From NCBI GenBank assembly GCA_963842945.1, contig CAWJIM010000023.1, positions 1 to 64,000 on the forward strand: DNA of 64,000 nt, written 5' to 3'. The stretch's first letter is position 1, and every line of letters begins with the position of its first letter. Source of the stretch: an uncultured Gemmatimonadales bacterium (lineage in GTDB: Bacteria; Gemmatimonadota; Gemmatimonadetes; Gemmatimonadales; GWC2-71-9). Shown here one piece after another: positions 54,864-64,000 of the stretch. The notes under the pieces were generated by a model that did not search any database, was not told the origin of the DNA, and was given only the letters and a program-made list of their open reading frames with translations. The position numbers and the translations under genes were made by a program.

Positions 54864-57731
54864 CTACGCCTTCTTGCAGAAACTGCCCGGTGTAGCTCCG
54901 CTCCACCTCCGCCACATCCTCGGGCGTGCCGGCGGCCACCACTTCCCCGCCCCGCTCGCCACCCTCGGGACCCAGGTCGATGATCCAGTCGGCCGTCTTG
55001 ATCACATCGAGATTGTGCTCGATCACGACGACGCTGTTGCCCTTGTCAACCAGGCGGTGCAGCACATCCAGCAGCAGTCGTACATCCTCGAAGTGCAGGC
55101 CGGTGGTGGGCTCATCCAGGATGTACAGGGTCCGGCCGGTGTCTCGCTTTGCCAGCTCGGTGGCGAGCTTCACCCGCTGCGCCTCGCCGCCGGACAGTGT
55201 GGTCGCCGCCTGGCCCAAATGGATGTATCCCAGCCCAACGTCATTCAGCAGCTCCAGCTTCTCGGCGATGCGCCGCTGGTTGCTGAAGAACTCGAGCGCG
55301 TCTTCCACCGTGAGATCGAGCACGTCGGCAATGCTCCGGCCCTTGTAACGCACCTCCAGGGTTTCCCGATTGTACCGCCGTCCCTTGCACACCTCGCAGG
55401 GGACGTAGACGTCGGGCAGGAAGTGCATCTCGATCTTGACCAGGCCATCGCCCTGACAGGCCTCGCAGCGCCCGCCCTTCACGTTGAAGGAGAAGCGGCC
55501 CGGTCCGTACCCCCGCATCTTGGCATCGGGCAGCTGAGTGAACAGCTCCCGGATGGGGGTGAAGAGTCCGGTATACGTGGCCGGATTGGATCGCGGCGTG
55601 CGCCCGATGGGACTCTGATCGATGTCGATCACCTTATCGATCAGATCCAGCCCCTCGATCCTGGAATGGGATGCCGGGGACGACCTTGGCCCGATAAAAG
55701 TGACGCGCCAGGGCCTGGTACAGAATGTCGGTGACCAGGGTGGACTTCCCCGAGCCCGACACCCCGGTGACGGCGACGAACAGACCGAGAGGGATCTCGA
55801 CCGTGAGGTTCTTCAGATTGTTCGCCCGGGCGCCCGACGATGCGGAGCCGATGCTGGGCTGGCGCCTCTCGCCGGCCAGGCGGGACCGGAATCCGCAGTT
55901 CGTCGCGGAGGTACCTGCCGGTCAGCGAGTCAGGATGGCTGCGGATGTCTTCGACCGTGCCCTCGGCCACCACCTCGCCGCCGAAGCGGCCGGCCCGGGG
56001 GCCCAGATCGATCACGTGGTCCGCCGACTGGATGGTGTCCTGGTCGTGCTCCACCACGATCACCGTATTCCCCAGATCTCTCAGGCCTCTCAGCGTGTCC
56101 AGCAGCCGTTCGTTATCCCGCTGGTGCAGGCCGATGCTCGGCTCATCGAGGATGTAGAGCACGCCCACCAGCCGAGAGCCGATCTGGGTGGCCAGCCTGA
56201 TCCGCTGGGTCTCGCCGCCCGAGAGCGAGGTGGCGCCTCGGCCGAGGGTCAGGTAATCGAGACCCACGTCGCGAAGAAAGCGGAGGCGATCGATCACTTC
56301 CTTGAGAATCGGTCCCGCGATGTCAGGATCGAGCCCTCCCCTGCCATTGCCGGATGACCCCCCAGCGCCGCGCAGCGGGATGCTCTCGAAGAATTCGATG
56401 GCCCGCTGGATCGGCAGGTCCACCACGTCGCCGATGCTGGTGCCGTTGCACCAGTACCGCAAGGCTCTCCGGGTCGCAGCCGCTTTCCCTTGCAGGTCTG
56501 GCAGGGCTGCTCGATCATGAACTCCTCGAGGGTGGCCCGAACGCTGTCGCTGGTGGACTCGCGATAGCGCCGCTCGATGTTTCGGAGCACGCCCTCCCAT
56601 TCGCTCTCGTACTCGCCCCGGCCCCGACGCACCGTCGGTCTGGAACTTGAATCGGCCTGGTGCCCCGTGAAGCAGAGCATGCGGGCCGCCTCGCTGTGCT
56701 CGCCCCAGGGTGCGTTCAGTTCGAACTTGAACGCCTTGGCCAGGGTGGGCAGCACGATCTTCCGCAGGTAGCCGCTGGGCTCGCCCCATGGCAGGATGAC
56801 CCCTTCCAGAATGGAAATGCTGGGATCGCCGAGCACCAGCTCGGCATTCACCTCGCGCCGGGTGCCGACGCCGTGGCAGTCGGGGCACGCGCCAAACGGA
56901 GAATTGAAGGAGAACTGCCGGGGCTCGAGCTCCGGAAGCGAGAGCCCGCAGACCGGACAGGCAAAGCGCTCCGAGAAGACGACGGAACGTGGGGACGTTG
57001 GAACCCGCTCCGCCGTGCGTTACCACCTCCACGATCCATCCGCCGTCTTCAACGCGGTCTCGATCGAATCGTTCAGCCGGGACCGATCGCTGGGGCGCAC
57101 CACCAGGCGGTCCACCACGATGGCGATGTCGTGGTTCTGCCGCCGGTTCAGCGCCGGCACCGACCCCAGGTCGTAGGTCTGTCCGTCGACCCGAACCCGC
57201 ACGAAGCCCCGCTTGCGGACGTCTTCCAGCATGTCACGGAACTCGCCTTTGCGGCCTCGCACCAGCGGCGCCAGGACCTCGATCCGGCTCTCCTCCGGCC
57301 AGCTCAACACCGTGTCGGTGATCTGGGCCGCGCTCTGCCGGGTGACCGGGGTACCGTCATTGGGACAGTGGGGAATTCCGACTCGGGCCCAGAGCAGTCG
57401 CAGGTAGTCGTAGATCTCGGTCACGGTGCCTACGGTCGACCGCGGATTCTGCCCGGTGGTCTTCTGCTCGATGGAGATGGCCGGGGAAAGCCCTTCGATC
57501 GCGTCTACATCGGGCTTTTCCATGAGCCCCAGGAACTGCCGCGCGTACGCCGACAGCGACTCGACGTACCGCCGCTGTCCTTCGGCATAGATTGTGTCGA
57601 AGGCGAGCGACGATTTCCCCGAGCCTGAGAGGCCGGTGATGACGGTGAGACTGGTTCCGGGGAATCGCGACAGAGATGTTCTTGAGGTTGTGTTCGCGGG
57701 CGCCGCGCACCACCAGAAATTCCTGAGCCAT
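54864..57731 (-). CDS. uvrA: Excinuclease ABC subunit A (frameshifted; 3' end approximate)
   Basis: GAREHNLKN, two ABC modules with LSGGE, Zn fingers, IEHNLDVIK. Confidence 0.96.
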
Positions 57732-57739
57732 AGCCCCGA

Positions 57740-57769
57740 AAGCTATCCGAAGGCGAAGCGCGGGGTCAA
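57740..57769 (-). promoter_or_regulatory. sigma70-type promoter of uvrA, probably leaderless
   Basis: TTGACC-18nt-TAGCTT-8nt-ATG. Confidence 0.55.
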
Positions 57770-57777
57770 TGGAAGGG

Positions 57778-57833
57778 AGTAGCAGTCGGCAGTCAAGATC
57801 TGACTGAGGAGCTGGCTGCAGACTGGCGACTGG
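57778..57833. repeat. Degenerate heptamer inverted-arm element (GCAGTCG/GACTGGC)
   Basis: gcagtcg-gcagtca ... ggctgca-gactggc-gactgg. Confidence 0.55.
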
Positions 57834-57960
57834 TAACCTCAGGCACTTACCCATCTACCATTGAGCATCCAAAGCTCTGAACGGTGGCAAATAACCGACA
57901 TGCACTCCCGCCAGCGTGGAAAACGGGACCGCCGCCTCCGCTCCTTCGCGGGACTGAGCT

Positions 57961-58579
57961 GTGGCGGAGCAGCGCCTCCAGCGGGCCGATGAGTTGGCCT
58001 CAAGCTCCTTTCCCGGGCAGGCCATCCGGCCCTACCGCGAGCTGCTCGAGCTGGAGCCCGAGCCACATCGAGGCTCGGCTGCATCTCGCCCGACTTCTGG
58101 ACCGGCTGGAGGAGGCCAACGACGCGGTGGACGTGCTCTCGGAGGGGCTGCGGCGGGCCCCGGATCAGACCGAGTTTCTGGTTCTACGGGGCTCCATTCT
58201 CGGCCGCCTGCAGCGGTATCGGGAGGCCGATGCGGATCTCCGCCGGGTCCTCCGGCTTCACCCCTCTCATGCTCCGGCCCAATTCGAGCTGGGGCTTCTG
58301 CTGTGGCGGCGCGGACTGGTGCAAGAGGCTGCAGTCTGCTTTCATCGAGCACTCGAGTTCCAACCCGACAACGCCAAGACCTACTACTACCTTGGCGATT
58401 CGCTCAATCAGCTGGGGGACCTGGCCGGGGCGCGCGCGCCGCTGTAGAACGGGCCCTTCAGGTAAGCCCCGACGATGCCAAGGCCTATCACCTCATGGGC
58501 CGGGTGCTTGACCGGCATGAGCCTGCCGGACCAGGCCCAGGAGATGTACCGCCGAGGGCGAGAGCTTGCCGGCCTGTGA
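57961..58579 (+). CDS. Tetratricopeptide-repeat protein (start uncertain; frameshifted)
   Basis: Repeated A...LG....A....RAL..P helical units. Confidence 0.8.
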
Positions 58580-59072
58580 TCCGGGTCAGCGTCGAGGATC
58601 TCGCCCGGGTCAAGGCCGACGCCGTTCTTCGTCCTGCCGACGAGAGCCTCGGCCGCCCTCACCGATGCCATCGCCCGACTGGATGAGCAGGCGGGCCCGC
58701 GTTTTGCCGAGCAGCGGCGGTCTCAGCTCTCCGCTCAAGGCCGGGGCCGCCGTAGTGACCGGGAGTGGCGACCTGGCGGCCCCCTTCGTGCTCCACGTCG
58801 TGATCCAGGATCCGGAATCCGGACCGGCCGTGAGGTGGTGCGCCGCGGATTGCTGTCCGCCTGGCAGCGCGCAACCGACTGGGAGCTCGGCATTATCGCG
58901 GCCCCGCTGGTGGGAGCCGGTGCGGGTCAGCTGAGCGTGGAGGAAGCGGCCACCCTGCTGGCCGAGACGTTTCCTCCGGAGGCCGAAGGATGTCCCATCG
59001 AGCTGCACATCGTCAGTGGAGCGCGACGCCGACCGCGAGCTGGTCGAAGCCATCGTCCGGAGGATCGCGTGA
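58576..59072 (+). CDS. Macro-domain-like protein (degenerate; frameshifted)
   Basis: [42 protein letters not shown]. Confidence 0.72.
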
Positions 59073-59839
59073 TCCGACTGATCCAGCTCACCAAGCGTTA
59101 CGGCCGGTTCACCGCAGTCGACGATATCGATCTGGAGGTCCCCAGCGGCGAGCTGTTCGGATTTCTCGGCCCCAACGGCGCCGGGCAAGACCACCACCTT
59201 CCGCATGATCGCGGGCATCCTCCGCCCGACCAGCGGCACGGTCGAGATCGGCGGCATCGACATCGACCGCACGGCCGCTCGAGGCCAAGGCCCGGCTGGG
59301 CTTCATTCCCGATCGTCCCTTCGTCTACGACAAGCTGACCGGCGGCGAGTTTCTCCGCTTCGCGGCCGCGCTGTACGGCCAGCAGGGGCCCGCGGTCGAG
59401 CGCCGGATCGACGAGCTGCTCGAGCTGTTCGAGCTGGCCCGCTGGAAGAACGAGCTCACCGAATCGTATAGCCACGGCATGCGGCAGAAGCTGATCATCT
59501 CCGGCGCGCTGGTGCATCGTCCCGAGGTGATCGTGGTGGACGAGCCGATGGTGGGTCTGGACCCGAAGAGCGCCCGCCTGCTGAAGGATCTGTTTCGTCA
59601 GTTCGTCGACCGAGGCGGCACGGTGCTGATGAGCACCCACACGCTGGAGGTGGCCGAGACGATGTGCGACCGTATCGCCATCGTTCACGGCGGCAAGATC
59701 GTCGCCCACGGGAACCATGGCCGAGCTGCAGGAGCAGACCTCCTCGGAGGATCTCGGGCTGGAGGAACTCTTCCTCAAGCTCACCGGCGGCATGCGGGAG
59801 CACCAGCTCGACACCATCCTCGATCGCCTGATCCCGTGA
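59069..59839 (+). CDS. ABC transporter ATP-binding protein (frameshifted)
   Basis: [29 protein letters not shown]. Confidence 0.9.
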
Positions 59840-61536
59840 CAGCCCAGTGTTCAGCCCGAGCGTCTGGACTCTGCTCACGCCCAAGTGGCGGAGCGCTTTG
59901 GCGCGGCTACGCCAGGAGGAGAGTGGGTCGGGGGCCAGAGCCGTTCTGCTGGGATTGGTCGCCCTGGTGTTCTGGGTCGGCGTGTTCGGGATTGCCTACC
60001 GGGTGCTTCGCTACTTCCGCGGCGTGGAGGACATCGGCAATCTCATCGCCGCCAAGGTGCTCGGAATCATCCTGCTGGCGTTTCTGTCCATCCTGCTGCT
60101 CTCGAACATCATTACCGCCCTCTCGACCTTCTTTCTGGCCAAGGATCTCGATCTGCTGGTGGCAGCGCCGATCGGCCAGTCACGGCTCTACGCCGCCAAG
60201 CTGGTGGAGACGGTGGTCCACTCCTCCTGGATGGTGGCGCTGTTGGCGCTGCCGATCTTTACGGCCTACGGGATCGTGTTCGGCGGCGGGTTTCTCTTTC
60301 CGGTCGTGGCGCTCGCGGCCTTCATTCCCTACCTGGTCCTTCCGGCGGTGGTGGGTACGGCCTTCACCCTGATCCTGGTCAACATCTTCCCTGCCCGGCG
60401 GACCCGGGAGCTTCTGGGCCTGGTGGCCACCGGCGCGGTGGTGGTCGTGCTGATGACCCTGCGCCTTCTCCGGCCCGAGCGGCTGGCCCAGCCGGAAGGC
60501 TTCAAAAACCTGGTGGACTATCTCGCGGTGCTCCGCACCCCGACCAGCCCATGGCTGCCCAGCGAGTGGACCGCATCCATCATCATGAACTGGCTGCTCC
60601 GGGTGGCGGATCCGTGGCCCATCGCCAAGCTGTGGCTGGCGGCATCTCTCGCGGTTTTTCTGGGAGCGCTGTTGCACCGGCGCCTGTATCATCTTGGCTT
60701 CTCCAAGGCGCAGGAGGGCGCCGAACGGAAGCTTCGCCGGGTGATCCGGGGGCCGGTGTCCGGGCATCCTGAGCGCGGTCTCGCCGTCGAAGCGGGAGTT
60801 TATCCTCAAGGACCTGCGTCTCTTCTTCCGGGACAACACCCAGTGGAGCCAGCTGATTCTGCTGGCGGTGCTGCTCCTGGTGTATCTCTTCAATATCAAG
60901 TCGCTGCCGCTCCACTCCGGAGAGCAGGTGCCGTTCCGGCTGATCACCATGATCTCGTTTCTGAACCTGGGTCTGGCCGGCTTCGTGCTGGCCGCGGTGG
61001 CGGCGCGCTTCGTGTTTCCCGGGATTTCGCTGGAAGGCCGGCAGATGTGGCTGCTCCGCTCCAGTCCGCTGGACCCCAGCGCCATGCTGTGGAGCAAGTA
61101 CTGGATCGGCACCTTACCCCTCCTCGTTCTGGCGCTGACGATCACGGTGTTCACCAACTGGCTCCTCCACGCCAGCACGTTCATGATGGCGGTCGCCGTC
61201 GGAACCATCGTCCTCTATACCCTGGCGGCCAGTGCCTTGGCGCTTTCCTTTGGTGCGATCTATCCCCAGTTCGGCTCGGAGAATGCGGCACAGATTCCCA
61301 CCAGCTTCGGCGGGCTGGTGTACATGATGAGTACCCTCAGCCTGCTTACCGCGATCATCATGATCGAGGCCACCCCAGTGATGGCCTACCTGCGATGGAT
61401 CGCTACGGCGAGTCAGCTCCGGGCCATTCTGCCTGAGCTTGCGGCGTCCGCGCTGCTGATCATCGGCATCTGCCTCACGGCTACCTTCGTTCCGCTCAGG
61501 ATGGCCCTGCAGCGCATAGAGATGATGGAGTGGTAA
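59836..61536 (+). CDS. Putative ABC-2 exporter permease, many TM helices (frameshifted)
   Basis: DLDLL..AP, WLPSEW, SLEG..WLLRSSP; start overlaps the ATPase stop. Confidence 0.8.
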
Positions 61537-62570
61537 GGGTCGACCTCTACAGCGATACCGTCACCCGTCCCACTCCCGCCATGCGCCGGGCCATGGCGGA
61601 AGCAGAAGTGGGCGACGAGCAGCAGCGCGAAGATCCCACCGTCAATCTCCTGCAGGACATGGTCGCCGACCTGCTGGGCAAGGAGGCGGCGCTTTTCCTT
61701 CCCTCGGGCACGATGTGCAATCAGGTGGCCTTTGCGGTGCATTGCCGGGCAGGTGACGAGATCCTGCTGCAGGAGCAGGCCCATCCACTGTTGTTCGAGG
61801 TCGGCGGCCCGCCGCCGATGATCGGCGCGGTACTCCGTCCCCTGGTCGGGCCCGCGCGGACTGTTTACCGCGGACCAGGTGCGCCGGGCCGTTCGGCCGC
61901 CGGCGTACTACATGCCCCGGACTCGGGCCGTGTCGATCGAGCAGACCAGCAACGTCATTGGTGGGATCTGCTGGCCGCTCGAGCAGATCGAGGCGGTCTG
62001 TGGCGCCGCGCACGACGGCCGGGCTGGTGGCCCATATGGACGGCGCGCGATTAATGAACGCGGTTGTAGCCAGCGGAACGCCGGCCCGACCGATTTGCGG
62101 CGCGGTTCGATTCCATCTGGATCGATCTCAGCAAGGGACTGGGAGCCCCGGTGGGGGCGGTGCTGGCGGGCTCGCGGGAGTTCATCGAGGAGGCCTGGCG
62201 CTACAAGCAGCGCTTCGGCGGCGCCATGCGGCAGGCCGGCATCATTGCCGCGGCCGGAGTCTATGCCCTGAAGCATCACGTCGACCGACTGGCCCAGGAT
62301 CACGAGCGGGCCCGGCAGTTGGCGCTGGAGCTCGCGGGCATTCCCGCCATTCAGCTCGATCCCGCCACGGTGGAGACCAACATCGTGATCTTCGACATCA
62401 CCCGGACCGGGCTGACCGGTGATGAGTTCAGTGCGCGCACCACCAGCAGCCACGGCGTCCGGTTCAGCGTACTGGGGCCGCATACCGTCCGGGCGGTGAC
62501 TCACCTCGATATTCCCGCGGACGGGATCGACCAGGCCATTGCGGCAGCGCGGGCGGTGGTGGGACGATAG
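61530..62570 (+). CDS. ltaE: Low-specificity L-threonine aldolase family PLP enzyme (frameshifted)
   Basis: [36 protein letters not shown]. Confidence 0.88.
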
Positions 62571-63100
62571 TGCAAGACGAACGGCGCCAGCCGTCCTATT
62601 ACGTTGCCATGCGCGACAACCACCGTCCCAAGCAGGAGCTCATTCACGAGATCACCGGCTTGCGCAAGCAGGTGAGCGATCTCAAGGAAGCGATGGCTGC
62701 CCGCCGCCGGGTGGAAGACGCCCTTCGCGACGCGTCCGGTCTACTCCGCACACTTTCCGATAGCGCCCCGGTCGGGTTAGGCCTGTTCCGCACCGATGGC
62801 ACTCTACTCACCGCCAACCAGCGGTTTGCCCGCATGCTGGGGTATCAGTCCCCGGCCGAGCTGCAGTCGCTGAGCTCGGTGCTGGGAGTATTCGCCACTC
62901 CCGAGGATCGGATCCGGGCGCTGGGATCCCCTCAGCCGGGTGGGCCTCCTCGAGCGACGCGGTTTCGTTGCAAGGACGGCTGCCGACTCCTGCAGGGCGT
63001 TCTCGCGGGCGAGCGGCTGGACGGCGAGGCGGTGGTGCTCGTCGTTTTCAACGGCATACCCGGGCTGTCCGACTCACCTTTTCCGGTCCCTGCCGCGTAA
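62570..63100 (+). CDS. Stand-alone coiled-coil + PAS-domain protein
   Basis: KQELIHEI..LR, EDALR, SAPVG, ANQRFARMLGY, RCKDG. Confidence 0.7.
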   Translation: MQDERRQPSYYVAMRDNHRPKQELIHEITGLRKQVSDLKEAMAARRRVEDALRDASGLLRTLSDSAPVGLGLFRTDGTLLTANQRFARMLGYQSPAELQSLSSVLGVFATPEDRIRALGSPQPGGPPRATRFRCKDGCRLLQGVLAGERLDGEAVVLVVFNGIPGLSDSPFPVPAA

Positions 63101-63196
63101 CTCAGGTCCGTACTTCACATAGGCCGGTTCCTACCTTGGCGTTGCCGTCGAGCTCGCGCTTGCCGTCAGCGCACCATCACCATCCAAGGAGGAGCC

Positions 63197-64000
63197 ATGT
63201 CCATCCGGTTTACCTTCGGGGCGCTTGCCCTGGCCGCGGCGCTGGCGGCGTGCGATCGAAGTGCCCCTACAGCGGGAAATGAGGAATCCGCACCATCCAC
63301 GCCCCGGTACTCGGTCGAGCGAAGTGCCATGGACCGCCTGGCCCGGAAGTTGGCCCGTGCCTTGGCCGACTCGGCATTCCGCTCGTATCTCAAGAGCCAG
63401 CTGGACCACTCCCCCTTTCCCGAGCACAAGCTGCAGCTACAAAAGCTGCTGCTGCAGTCCGATCGCCAGGTCCTGAAGGAGGTCGCCCGCATCGGAGGCA
63501 GCTCCGAAATCGAGGTGGGTACCGACCTGGAGGAGGCCATCCCGCTGGAGATCTACTTTCCCGTCCCGCAGCACCGGGACGAGTGGGACGGGGGGCCCAA
63601 CCTGCTGGTCGCCAGCGCCCGGGAAGATCGAGAGGAGCCGGTGGCGTACGACATTGGGGGGCAACGGCAGGTGTTGAACGCGGAGGTACCCCCCGCCACT
63701 CCGGTCTTGGCTGTGGTCCCGGTAGAGACCGATTTTGCTCACCCTACCGGTCCCGGAGCGGAGGCCACCTGCACCGACTGCGGAGGGGGAGGCGGTGGCG
63801 CCCCGGGCCCCCCGCCGGGTCTTTATATGGCCTACTCTCACTTCGTGAACGATTTTGAAGGTTGGTTGAAGGGTAGTCCCGAGTTTGAGTACCACATCCT
63901 GGGCCAGTCAGGAGCCAGCGACTCGCTGCGGGATTATCAGTGTGCCGGTGGAGCGGCAGGCGCATACTATAACTTCGACCAGAACAGTTTGAACTGGACC
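63197..64000 (+). CDS. Lipoprotein of unknown function, DUF3103-like (truncated by the window end; not in the ORF track)
   Basis: SD AAGGAGG, lipobox LAAC, open frame to the window end, DFEGWLKGSPEF. Confidence 0.65.
   Translation, partial: MSIRFTFGALALAAALAACDRSAPTAGNEESAPSTPRYSVERSAMDRLARKLARALADSAFRSYLKSQLDHSPFPEHKLQLQKLLLQSDRQVLKEVARIGGSSEIEVGTDLEEAIPLEIYFPVPQHRDEWDGGPNLLVASAREDREEPVAYDIGGQRQVLNAEVPPATPVLAVVPVETDFAHPTGPGAEATCTDCGGGGGGAPGPPPGLYMAYSHFVNDFEGWLKGSPEFEYHILGQSGASDSLRDYQCAGGAAGAYYNFDQNSLNWT

Noticed and set aside
57732..57880. LexA/SOS box upstream of uvrA
   Set aside because: No CTGT-N8-ACAG or GAAC-N4-GTTC-like palindrome seen

Overview
High-GC bacterial chromosome segment; gene content and RNA-polymerase insertions suggest Gemmatimonadota (inference, no search run). 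Roughly 40 kb on the minus strand is the core transcription/translation cluster: cysS, tRNA-Thr/Tyr/Gly/Thr, tuf, rpmG-secE-nusG-rplKAJL-rpoBC, rpsL-rpsG-fusA-tuf and the S10-spc operon through secY-adk-map. The rest is accessory: a Zn-metalloprotease/ABC/DUF1579 block between rpoC and rpsL, a PspA-centred operon, tandem secreted paralogs, an S9 peptidase, a blue-copper lipoprotein, uvrA and a TPR-macro-ABC-threonine aldolase operon. Single-base indels break many genes, including essential ones, so I treat frameshifts as sequencing errors and give reconstructed, approximate gene ends. Best leads: (1) about ten intergenic elements built from locus-specific 7-bp tandem repeats arranged as inverted arms; (2) a Psp-like operon with two PspB-like proteins and a SigW-like promoter; (3) a PilT paralog with a degenerate catalytic site; (4) a promoter plus structured, attenuator-like leader in front of fusA; (5) G-ending codon bias confined to the two tuf copies. 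No CRISPR array, transposase or integrase was seen.
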